Assembly: GCA_965215335.1 (NCBI GenBank)
Contig: CBDCDA010000001.1
Location: 672,001-736,000 of the forward strand
Source of the DNA: an uncultured Candidatus Entotheonella sp.
Lineage (GTDB): Bacteria; Tectomicrobia; Entotheonellia; Entotheonellales; Entotheonellaceae
DNA length: 64,000 bases
Direction: 5' to 3'
The notes beneath the pieces were generated by a model. The model made no database searches and was not told the origin of the DNA. It was given only the letters and a program-made list of their open reading frames with translations. Position 1 is the first letter of the stretch. The number at the start of each line of letters is the position of its first letter. Below are positions 8,387 through 18,411 of this stretch, piece by piece. A program made the position numbers and the translations under genes.

Positions 8387-10576
8387 GTGACGCCATTCGA
8401 TGGAAACGGCCGTGATGGGTCAAAACGGGTGCCCGTGAATCAAATGGATCATTCTTCTCCGCAAGACCAGTGCCGGATGGGCGTGGATATCGGCGGCACG
8501 TTTACCGACGTGGCACTGGAAATCGACGGCGCCTTCCACACCGCCAAGACGCTGACCACGCCCGAGGCGCCCGAGCGCGGCGTGCTGCAGGGTGTGCACG
8601 AGGTGCTGCAACGCGCCGGCGTGCAGCCGCACGCCGTCACCACGGTGATTTACGGCACCACTCTGGCCACCAATCTCCTGATCGAGCAAAAAGGCGCGGC
8701 GACGGCGCTGGTCACCACCGAGGGCTTCCGCGACGTCATCGAGATGCGCAACGAGAACCGCTATGAGCAGTACGATCTCGACATCGATCTGCCCACCCCG
8801 CTGGTGCCGCGCCGGCTGCGCCTGCCGGTGCGCGAGCGTCTCAACGCCCGCGGCGAGGTGCTGCGGCCCCTGGCCGCAGCCGACGTCGAAGCCCTGATCC
8901 CCCGCCTGCGCTCGGAGGCCGTGCGCAGCGTCGCCATCGGCTTTCTGCACAGCTACATGAACGCTGCCCACGAAGAGCGGACGCGCGACATCCTGCTGGC
9001 CGCCCTGCCTGACCTGGAAGTCACCCTGTCCAGCGAGGTGTCACCCGAAATGCGCGAGTACGAGCGCATTTCAACGGCCTGCGCCAACGCCTACGTGCAG
9101 CCGCTGATGAGCCGCCATCTGCGGAGTCTGCAGCAACGACTGGCCGACGCCGGGCTGCGCTGCCCGCTCTATCTCATGCTGTCCGGCGGCGGCATCACGA
9201 CCCTCGAAACCGCCATCCGCTTCCCCGTGCGTCTGGTCGAGTCCGGCCCGGCCGGCGGCGCCATTTTCGCCAGCCACATCGCGCGCCAACTGGGGCTGGA
9301 TACCGTGCTGTCCTACGACATGGGCGGCACCACCGCCAAAATCTGCCTGATCGACGACGGCGCTCCACAAACCTCGCGCAGCTTCGAGGTGGCGCGCGTC
9401 TATCGGTTCCTGCAGGGCAGCGGCATCCCGCTGCGCATTCCGGTCATTCAGATGGTCGAAATCGGCGCCGGTGGCGGCTCCATCGCCACACTCGACGCGC
9501 TGGGGCGTGTCGCCGTGGGGCCGGAAAGCGCCGGCTCGGAACCCGGCCCGGCCTGCTACGACCGCGGCGGCGAGCACCCGACCGTCACCGACGCCGACGT
9601 CGTTCTCGGACGCATCGACCCGCAGCAGTTCGCCGGCGGGCGCATCGTGCTGGACCGCGACAAGGCCGCCGCCGCCCTGTTGAGTGGCGTTGGCGAGCAA
9701 CTCGACCTCGACGCCGGCGGAGCCGCCCTCGGGGTGTCGGAAATGGTGGACGAGAACATGGCCAACGCCTCGCGCGTGCACGCCATCGAGAGCGGCCGGA
9801 TGCTGGAAGACCGCACCCTCATCGCCTTTGGCGGCGCTGCCCCGCTGCACGCCGCGCGCCTGGCGGAGAAGCTGAACGTGCGGCGCGTCGTCATCCCGCC
9901 CGAGGCCGGCGTGGGCTCCGCCATCGGCTTTCTGCGCGCGCCGGTTTCGTACGAGGTGACCCGCAGCTTTTACCAGCGCGTGGCGTCGCTCGACATCGAC
10001 GGCGCCAACGCGCTGCTGGCCGCCATGCGCGCCGAGGCCCTCGCGGTGGTGGAAGCCGGCGCCGCCGGCCGGCCATCGAGCGAGACGCGCACGGCGTTCA
10101 TGCGCTACGTCGGCCAGGGCCACGAGGTAGGCGTCGAACTGCCGGTGCGCATTCACACCCCGCGCCTGGAAGCCGACGCGCCGGCCGTGCTGCTGGCGGC
10201 GTTCGAGGCCGAATACCGCCGCCTCTACGAACGCAGCATCCCGCACCTCGAAGTGGAAATTCTCACCTGGGTCCTGCTGGTCAGCACCGCCGACGAAGCC
10301 GCCGTTCCGGTCGTCAGGCCGGCTCGATCCACCGCCGCACCGCCGCCCGGCGGCCAACGGCGCATCGTGGACACGGTCACCGGAGAGTCCCTCACCGCGC
10401 CGGTGTATCAACGCCAGGACTTGTCGCCAGGCATACAGATCACCGGACCCGCGGTGATCGTCGAAGACGACACCTCCACCGTCGTCAGCGGCCGTTTTCG
10501 CGCCCGGGTGCACCCGCTCGACTACCTCGTTCTCGAACACCTGTCGTCCCGGGAGGAAGGAGGCATCGCGCCATGA
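8387..10576 (+). CDS. Hydantoinase/oxoprolinase A family (start may be 8444)
   Basis: DIGGTFTD, GTTLATN, ESGPAGG, DMGGTT, GAGGGS, PGPACY. Confidence 0.92.
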   Translation: MTPFDGNGRDGSKRVPVNQMDHSSPQDQCRMGVDIGGTFTDVALEIDGAFHTAKTLTTPEAPERGVLQGVHEVLQRAGVQPHAVTTVIYGTTLATNLLIEQKGAATALVTTEGFRDVIEMRNENRYEQYDLDIDLPTPLVPRRLRLPVRERLNARGEVLRPLAAADVEALIPRLRSEAVRSVAIGFLHSYMNAAHEERTRDILLAALPDLEVTLSSEVSPEMREYERISTACANAYVQPLMSRHLRSLQQRLADAGLRCPLYLMLSGGGITTLETAIRFPVRLVESGPAGGAIFASHIARQLGLDTVLSYDMGGTTAKICLIDDGAPQTSRSFEVARVYRFLQGSGIPLRIPVIQMVEIGAGGGSIATLDALGRVAVGPESAGSEPGPACYDRGGEHPTVTDADVVLGRIDPQQFAGGRIVLDRDKAAAALLSGVGEQLDLDAGGAALGVSEMVDENMANASRVHAIESGRMLEDRTLIAFGGAAPLHAARLAEKLNVRRVVIPPEAGVGSAIGFLRAPVSYEVTRSFYQRVASLDIDGANALLAAMRAEALAVVEAGAAGRPSSETRTAFMRYVGQGHEVGVELPVRIHTPRLEADAPAVLLAAFEAEYRRLYERSIPHLEVEILTWVLLVSTADEAAVPVVRPARSTAAPPPGGQRRIVDTVTGESLTAPVYQRQDLSPGIQITGPAVIVEDDTSTVVSGRFRARVHPLDYLVLEHLSSREEGGIAP

Positions 10577-12309
10577 GCCACGCCGCCACGCTGTCGACCA
10601 TCCACCAGCACATCATGTGGAATCGCCTGATCTCGGTCGTCGAGGAGCAGGCGCAGACGCTGGTGCGCACCGCCTTTTCCACCAGCGTGCGGGAGGCCGG
10701 CGACCTCGCCGCCGGGGTGTTCGACCGCCAGGGCCGCATGCTGGCGCAGGCCGTCACCGGCACGCCGGGACACATCAACTCCATGGCCGAGGGGGTTGGG
10801 CATTTCATCGCCAGGCACCCGGTCGACACCATGGAACCCGGCGATGTGTTCATCACCAACGACCCGTGGTTCACTTCCGGACACCTGCACGACATCACGG
10901 TGGTGACGCCGACCTTCCACCGCGAGCGGCTGGTCGGGCTGTTCGCCAACACCTGCCACGTGGTGGACATCGGAGGGCGCGGCTTCGGACCGGACGCCCG
11001 CCAGGTCTTCGAGGAAGGCATCACCATTCCCATCCTGCACCTGTTCCGGCGCGGCGAGCCGAACGACACCCTGCTCGACCTCATCCGCGCCAACGTGCGC
11101 GAGCCGCGGCAGGTGGTCGGCGACATCTTCTCGTTCGCCGCCGCCAACGATACCGGCGCCCATCGCCTGCAGGCCATGATGGCGGAGTTCGACATCGCGC
11201 AGCTCGACGACCTGGCGGCGTTCATCTTCGAGCACTCGCGCCGGGCGACCATCGAGCGTATCCGCGCCATCCAGCCGGGGACGTATCGCAACGAGCTGAC
11301 CATGGACGGGTACGACGAACCGGTGACGCTGCGCGCCGCGCTGACGGTGGGCAACGACGCCATTCACGTCGACTACACCGGCACCTCGCCGGTCAGCAGC
11401 CACGGCATCAACGTGGTGCTGAACTACACCAAGGCGTACACCTGCTTCGGGGTCAAGTGCGCGGTGGCACCGGACATCCCGAACAACTACGGCTCGCTGC
11501 TGCCGATCACCTTCTCGGCGCCGGAGGGCTGCATCCTCAACGCGCCGCGCCCGTGCGCGGTGGCGGCGCGGCACATCATCGGGCACCTGCTGCCGGACAC
11601 CGTGCTGGGGTGCCTGCACCAGGTGCTGCCCGGCGGCGTGCAGGCGGAGGGGTCGGCGTCGCTGTGGAACATCCAGCTGCGCGGCGGGTCGTCGGTGTTC
11701 CCCGGCCACACCGGCACGCGTCCGGCGTTCGAGATGCTGCACTTCAACAGCGGCGGCAGCGGCGCCCGCCCGCGCAAGGACGGCATGAGCGCGACCGCCT
11801 TTCCGAGCGGCGTGCGCGGCATGCCGGTGGAGGCCAACGAGGCCATCACCCCGGTCATCTTCTGGCGCAAGGAGTTCCGGGAAGACTCCGGCGGCGCCGG
11901 CGCGCAGCGCGGCGGCCTCGGGCAGGTCATCGAAATCGGTGGTGCCGACGGCATGCCGTTCGACGTGCTCGCCATGTTCGAGCGCGTCGACAACGCCCCG
12001 CGCGGTCGCAACGGTGGCGCCGACGGCGCCACCGGACGGGTCAGCCTGGCTTCCGGCGCCGCCCTGCGCCCCAAGGGTCAGCAGACCATCCCGCCGCACG
12101 ACCGCCTGCGCCTCGACATGGCCGGTGGTGGCGGCTTCGGCAACCCGCATGACCGGCCGGCCGAGCAAGTCGCCGAAGACGTGCGCAACGGCATTGTTTC
12201 CGTTTCTTCCGCCCGCACCCGTTATGGCGTCGCGCTTGACGCCGACGGCCGCGTGGACCAAGCGGCGACCGCCACGCTGCGATCCCTGGGTTCGGGCGAC
12301 TCGGCATAG
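10573..12309 (+). CDS. Hydantoinase B/oxoprolinase family
   Basis: RTAFS..VREAGD, NDPW..SGHLHD, DSGGAG..RGGLG, GGGGFG. Confidence 0.92.
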   Translation: MSHAATLSTIHQHIMWNRLISVVEEQAQTLVRTAFSTSVREAGDLAAGVFDRQGRMLAQAVTGTPGHINSMAEGVGHFIARHPVDTMEPGDVFITNDPWFTSGHLHDITVVTPTFHRERLVGLFANTCHVVDIGGRGFGPDARQVFEEGITIPILHLFRRGEPNDTLLDLIRANVREPRQVVGDIFSFAAANDTGAHRLQAMMAEFDIAQLDDLAAFIFEHSRRATIERIRAIQPGTYRNELTMDGYDEPVTLRAALTVGNDAIHVDYTGTSPVSSHGINVVLNYTKAYTCFGVKCAVAPDIPNNYGSLLPITFSAPEGCILNAPRPCAVAARHIIGHLLPDTVLGCLHQVLPGGVQAEGSASLWNIQLRGGSSVFPGHTGTRPAFEMLHFNSGGSGARPRKDGMSATAFPSGVRGMPVEANEAITPVIFWRKEFREDSGGAGAQRGGLGQVIEIGGADGMPFDVLAMFERVDNAPRGRNGGADGATGRVSLASGAALRPKGQQTIPPHDRLRLDMAGGGGFGNPHDRPAEQVAEDVRNGIVSVSSARTRYGVALDADGRVDQAATATLRSLGSGDSA

Positions 12310-12310
12310 G

Positions 12311-12526
12311 GTGGAGGTAGCCGATCTGCGTCCTGAGGCGGTGATCGTTCGCATGGGTCGGGTCGGGGACTTGTCGGGCGTCAGGGACGGCCGGTGGAAA
12401 CAGGCGTGCGACTATATGCTCATAGAGCAAGATGGCGAGAAGTCCCGTGTGTTGTTTATCGACGCGGATCTGAAGCAGGCGGAGGCGGAGATCATGTGGC
12501 TGTTGCGGGAGGTGACGGCGGGGTGA
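12311..12526 (+). pseudogene. Chimeric 71-aa ORF: nuclease-like gene fragment fused to a copy of the hsdM 3' end
   Basis: ...KQACDYMLIEQDGEKSRVLF-IDADLKQAEAEIMWLLREVTAG*. 12458-12526 is an inverted near-copy of 1946-2011. Confidence 0.6.
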
Positions 12527-13923
12527 GGGTATCCACTCAGCGGCGCTGGCCCACAAAGCGGCTCCGCCACGTCATGCAGCGAGGTCTTTCGTCGGATAAT
12601 CGGCAGCGACTCGCCCGCGCTTCTCGTGTGACCTTCCTGCCAATGGAGGCGATTGGCGAACAAGGTCGGCTTGATACATCACATGTACGCGATCTTGAAG
12701 ACGTACGTTCAGCCTACACACAGTGCTTCGACGGCGATGTTCTTGTAGCCAAGATCACGCCATGTTTTGAAAATGGCAAGGGAGCCCTCGTCAGTAACAC
12801 CCTCGATGGTGTGGCCTATGGGACAACGGAACTTTACGTCCTGAGGCCAAGTGCTGAGATACACGGCAAGTTTCTTTACTATGTAACGACAGATCCACGA
12901 TTCAGGGTGGCTGGTACAGCGTGCATGACCGGAGCCGCTGGCCAACAGCGCGTACCGGAGGATTTCATTCGGAATTATCGGATGCCGGTCCCGCAGTGGC
13001 GCAAGCAGCGTGCCATCGCCGACTACCTCGACCGCGAGACGGCGCGGCTCGACGCATTGGTAGCGGCCAAAGAACGACTGCTCGATCTGTTGACCGAGAA
13101 GCGCCGGGCGCTCATCACGCGAGCCGTCACCCGCGGCCTCGGTGCTGTTGAACAAGCGCACCCTGATCCGGTGGCACCGGTTGGTTTAGGAGATCATGCG
13201 GCTGTTGCGGGAGGTGACGGGGTGAGCGAACGCAACGGCATCCTTCGGCGTCGGCTCAAGTACGTCGCTACGATAAACGGCGATGTGCTGAACGAAGACA
13301 CGGATGATGACTACGAGTTGCAGTACATTGATATTGGCAACGTCGATTCTTCTGGCACGATCCACGATACCGCAACTTATCGCTTTGGAGATGCTCCCAG
13401 TCGAGCCCGAAGGCGGGTGCGTGACGGAGACGTTGTCGTTTCGTGTGTGCGCACTTACCTTCAGGCAATCTCACAGATTCAAGACCCGCCTGAAAACCTC
13501 GTCGTGTCAACCGGATTCGCGGTGATACGGCCCTTCTCGGGCCTCTTGAACGTTGCCTTCGCCAAGCATGTTCTACGCGAGTCGTCATTCTTGGCTGAAA
13601 TCGAAAAGCGATCAGTTGGGGTCAGTTATCCGGCCATCAATGTATCGGATCTCGCTGACATTTCGATACCCCTGCCGCCAATCCACGAACAACGCGCCAT
13701 CGCCGACTACCTCGACCGCGAGACGGCGCGGCTGGATACGTTGTCTTCAATGACCGAGGATACCATCGCCCTCCTAAGGGAACGCCGCGCGTCGCTCATC
13801 TCTGCTGCGGTAACCGGCCAGATCGACGTGAAGGAAGAGGCATGCGAGTTACGTTCCTGGAACTCGCCAACGTCCGCACGATCGAGGCCGCCGCGTTTCG
13901 ATTCCGGCCGGGCGTCAACCTGA
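12523..13923 (+). CDS. hsdS: Type I R-M specificity subunit, copy 2 (TRD-B + TRD-C), orphan and inverted relative to copy 1
   Basis: GTG 12523 after GGAGGT. First TRD nearly identical to the second TRD of copy 1; second TRD novel. Same conserved helices. Confidence 0.88.
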   Translation: MRVSTQRRWPTKRLRHVMQRGLSSDNRQRLARASRVTFLPMEAIGEQGRLDTSHVRDLEDVRSAYTQCFDGDVLVAKITPCFENGKGALVSNTLDGVAYGTTELYVLRPSAEIHGKFLYYVTTDPRFRVAGTACMTGAAGQQRVPEDFIRNYRMPVPQWRKQRAIADYLDRETARLDALVAAKERLLDLLTEKRRALITRAVTRGLGAVEQAHPDPVAPVGLGDHAAVAGGDGVSERNGILRRRLKYVATINGDVLNEDTDDDYELQYIDIGNVDSSGTIHDTATYRFGDAPSRARRRVRDGDVVVSCVRTYLQAISQIQDPPENLVVSTGFAVIRPFSGLLNVAFAKHVLRESSFLAEIEKRSVGVSYPAINVSDLADISIPLPPIHEQRAIADYLDRETARLDTLSSMTEDTIALLRERRASLISAAVTGQIDVKEEACELRSWNSPTSARSRPPRFDSGRAST

Positions 13924-14145
13924 TTGTCGGCGTCAACGGCGTTGGCAGGACGACGGTGCTGGACGCGCACCGGGTGCGGGCGCTCCTGGTGGAAAACCAG
14001 GTCACGGCCCCGCCCGTTCCGGTCGAGCGCATCGCCAGGAGTTTGGCCGCCCAGTTGTGCTTTGCCCCGCTTGACATCTGCTGATGCGTGATACCGTATC
14101 GGCGGCAAGTCTCAACGAGATAGAGATCGAGGCCAACCTGTTCGC
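13842..14145 (+). pseudogene. Duplicated AAA ATPase 5' fragment fused to a decayed ImmA/IrrE-like metallopeptidase remnant
   Basis: 13842-13963 mirrors 482-603. Then VRALLVENQVTAPPVPVERIARSL and, in another frame, ...SLNEIEIEANLFA (ImmA/IrrE-like motifs, HExxH missing). Confidence 0.6.
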
Positions 14146-14172
14146 ATGACGCAACCCTTGGGGAGCCACGAC

Positions 14173-15579
14173 ATGAGCTTCGTCTTCTACGACACCGAAA
14201 CCACCGGAACGGACACCTGTTTCGATCAAATCCTCCAATTCGGGGCCATCAGGACGGACTACGAACTGCGGGAGATGGAACGCTTTGAAATCCGCTGCCG
14301 GCTGCTGCCGCACATCGTGCCGTCGCCCGACGCCTTACTCATCAGCGGCCTCACTGTCGAGCAACTCACGAACCCCGGTCTGCCGAGCCATTATGAAATG
14401 GTGCGGACCATCAAGGCCAGGCTGGAGGCGTGGTCGCCCGCCGTCTTCATCGGCCACAACTCGATGCGGTTTGATGAGGTTCTGCTGCGCCAGGCGTTCT
14501 ACCAGACCCTGCACGATCCGTACCTGACCAGCACGAACGGCAATTGCCGCCTGGACAGCCTGACGGTCCTCCAGGCGGCCGACTTCTTCCAGCCGGGTGT
14601 CCTCTCCGTGCCGGCCAATGACAAGGGCAAACCGAGCTTCAGCCTTGCCCGGCTTGCGCCGGCCAACGGTTTCAACCGTCACGTCGCACACGACGCGATG
14701 GGGGATACCAAGGCGACCCTCCACCTGTGCCGCCTGCTGAGCGAGCGGGCCGGGGGTTATTGGTCGAACGTCGTGCGCTTCGCGCCGAAGGCGGCGGTGC
14801 GGGATTTCGTCGAGGCAAACGACGTCTTTTCGTTCACCGGCACCTTCTTCGGCAGAACCTATTCCTGGATGGTCACCGACCTGGGGCCGAACCCGGCATA
14901 CGACTCGGAACGGTTCGTGTTTGACCTGTCCAACGACCCCGAGACGTTCGCCGCGCTCAGCGATGCCGACCTGGGCGCCCGCCTCGCCGCAAGCCCCAAG
15001 CCGGTGCGGCGCCTGCGCGTCAATGCCGGCCCCTGCATCCTGCCCTACGAGGACGTTCCCGCCGCCGTGCGCCTGCGGATACCTGGTATCGACGAGGTCA
15101 GGAACCGCGCCGCTTACATCCGGGACAACGAAGGTTTTGCGCGGCGCCTGATCGCCGCCATGGCTGGCGCCCACGAGGCAAGAGAACCCTCCGTTCACGT
15201 CGAAGAGCAGATTTACGACAGCTTCACCCGGCATGAGGACCAGGAGGTCATGGCCGCGTTCCACGAGGCACCGTGGTCCAGCCGCGCCGACCTCCTCGGC
15301 CGCTTGGCCGACGCGCGGCTGAAGGTCCTGGGCGAGCGGCTGCTCTACACCGAAGCCCCGGAGGCGATGCCGGCGCGTGGCCGAGTCCACTACGAGGCCG
15401 ACGTCGCCGAGCGCCTCAGGGCAGTCGAAGGCACGGTCCCCTGGCGCACCCTGCCCCAGGCAATCCGGGAGACGGACACCCTTCTGGCCGGTTCGCCCGG
15501 TCATGGGGCGCCGCTTCTGGAAGGCTTGCGTGATTACTTGGTCGGAAGGTCCGAGGCAGCCTCGGCGATGATGGCTTGA
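14173..15579 (+). CDS. sbcB: Exodeoxyribonuclease I (SbcB-like, DEDDh)
   Basis: FYDTETTG, QILQFGAIRTD, GHNSMRFD, AHDAMGD, VEEQIYDSF. Confidence 0.85.
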   Translation: MSFVFYDTETTGTDTCFDQILQFGAIRTDYELREMERFEIRCRLLPHIVPSPDALLISGLTVEQLTNPGLPSHYEMVRTIKARLEAWSPAVFIGHNSMRFDEVLLRQAFYQTLHDPYLTSTNGNCRLDSLTVLQAADFFQPGVLSVPANDKGKPSFSLARLAPANGFNRHVAHDAMGDTKATLHLCRLLSERAGGYWSNVVRFAPKAAVRDFVEANDVFSFTGTFFGRTYSWMVTDLGPNPAYDSERFVFDLSNDPETFAALSDADLGARLAASPKPVRRLRVNAGPCILPYEDVPAAVRLRIPGIDEVRNRAAYIRDNEGFARRLIAAMAGAHEAREPSVHVEEQIYDSFTRHEDQEVMAAFHEAPWSSRADLLGRLADARLKVLGERLLYTEAPEAMPARGRVHYEADVAERLRAVEGTVPWRTLPQAIRETDTLLAGSPGHGAPLLEGLRDYLVGRSEAASAMMA

Positions 15580-15839
15580 CGGCACGTGGCAGGCGGCAGG
15601 CGGCTGATGTCATGGCGTTGCAGGCAGCGATGCAGTGACGGAACGGGTGAGGTGTGGGAGGGTCGGCTTGAGGGCATGACGGTCTTGGGGTTGATGCTGT
15701 AGGTTTGGCTCAGTTCCTTGAGCGAAGCTTTCGATGAGCGAAGCTTTCGATCACTGTATTGCTTTTCTGACGGCGTGCGTGGTCGTGGCGCTGCCGTGAA
15801 ATACCTGCCCCATATCGAACAAAAAAACAGGGGTGCATC

Positions 15840-16967
<1,128 letters not shown>

Positions 16968-17092
16968 CCCGCCGGTTACCTTGACGGGCAGCCTCACCAA
17001 TGACACGGCCGCTGAAAGCTGCTGACTGAGCCACAAGCGCCGTTCGTCATCCTCATCCATCTCCGCCTTCCTCTTGAAACAGGATTTGCGTC

Positions 17093-18388
17093 TTATCCGC
17101 TGAAAGCGCCGTCGCGACCGAGCAGATCCACACCGCACCGCCGACACGGAGGCATGGCCTCCAGGAAATGCTCTTCCAGCGCCGGCTCCGTTGCCGGACG
17201 GTCGCACCACCCACACGGTTCCCCGTATCGATAGAGCGCATGGAGCAGGGCCATCAGCTCCGGGCGGTCGCGGCGCCGCACCCTGCCCTTTTGCTCAAAA
17301 CGCTGCCGCAGCGCCAGCACCCGTTCCCGGCGGTGCTCGCCCGAACCCTCAAAGGCCAGTTGCATGGCTTCGTGCCGGCGCCGCGCGATGCGGCGCCGGC
17401 CGCGCTCGATGGTGTAGGCCAGCAGAAAGGGCACGGCGAAGACCGACACGAAGAAATAGACGATAAGCCCTGTGTAGGTGACAACACCGGTGCCAAAACG
17501 CCGCAGCCCGGCAACGAGCCGCTGGCCGGGCTCGTCGGTCGCGTCGCAAGCATGCAGGGTCTTCATGTAATGCCTGGCCGCGTCGGGATCGAGGATGCCG
17601 GCGCCGAGGCTCTGGCCCGCCCCGGCGACCGGCTCTGCCGTGCGGACAAGCGCTTTCAGGCCGGTCCGAGGCGTCGCACAGGGCGTGTCCAGGAGGAGTT
17701 GTCCGAGCACCCCGGCTACCATCGGGCTGGCAAACGAGGTGCCGCTGGCCATACCCATCCGTAGCGGGCTTCTGACGAATTGCCAGCCCGGCGCGCACAG
17801 GCTGATCCAGGAGCCGTAGTTGGAATAGGCCGCTTTTTCCCGGCTGTGCCGCGTGCTCGAACAGACGCCAACCACCTCCGGCAGCGCCGCCGGGTAAAAG
17901 GGATCGTCCCGGTCATCGTTGCCCGCGGCGGCAATGAAGATCAGGCTGGCGTCCCGCATCCGACGCACCTGCGTGCGCAAGATTTCGTCGTAGGCATAGC
18001 TGCCCAGGCTGACGTTGATCAGGAGGGTCGTTGCGGCATCGTACTGACGGCTCAGGTCGTCGACGTGCAGCAGCGCCTGCACGATGCTGCGCGAGCCGAG
18101 GTCGCCGTGCAGGTTGATCGGTCGGGTCGTGCAGCGGGGGCACTGCCGTTGGATGACACTGCGTACCTGCGCCCCATGCGCGTCGAAGGCGTCCTGCGTG
18201 TCTACCACGAAGATAACCACCTGCTGACGGGTAGACGCCGCGCCGTCCGGCGCGTCTTCATCGCTCGGCGAGGACGGCAGCAACGGTACCCCGAAGAGGC
18301 CCGTGAGGGCAAGCCAGCCGGCGGTAATCACGGCGCCGCAGACAACCGTCCGCCGGTGCCGCTTGGTGGGGGAATCCGACTCGGTCAT
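17093..18388 (-). CDS. Membrane-anchored S8 (subtilase) serine peptidase
   Basis: VVD/HG/AAAGND/GTSFASP catalytic motifs; N- and C-terminal TM segments. Confidence 0.8.
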   Translation of the reverse strand: MTESDSPTKRHRRTVVCGAVITAGWLALTGLFGVPLLPSSPSDEDAPDGAASTRQQVVIFVVDTQDAFDAHGAQVRSVIQRQCPRCTTRPINLHGDLGSRSIVQALLHVDDLSRQYDAATTLLINVSLGSYAYDEILRTQVRRMRDASLIFIAAAGNDDRDDPFYPAALPEVVGVCSSTRHSREKAAYSNYGSWISLCAPGWQFVRSPLRMGMASGTSFASPMVAGVLGQLLLDTPCATPRTGLKALVRTAEPVAGAGQSLGAGILDPDAARHYMKTLHACDATDEPGQRLVAGLRRFGTGVVTYTGLIVYFFVSVFAVPFLLAYTIERGRRRIARRRHEAMQLAFEGSGEHRRERVLALRQRFEQKGRVRRRDRPELMALLHALYRYGEPCGWCDRPATEPALEEHFLEAMPPCRRCGVDLLGRDGAFSG

Positions 18389-18411
18389 GCCTGCATGCGG
18401 CGCCGGGCAGG

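Noticed and set aside
12394..12522. Longer start for hsdS2
   Set aside because: The SD and GTG at 12523 mirror the hsdS1 start; upstream codons belong to the chimeric scar.
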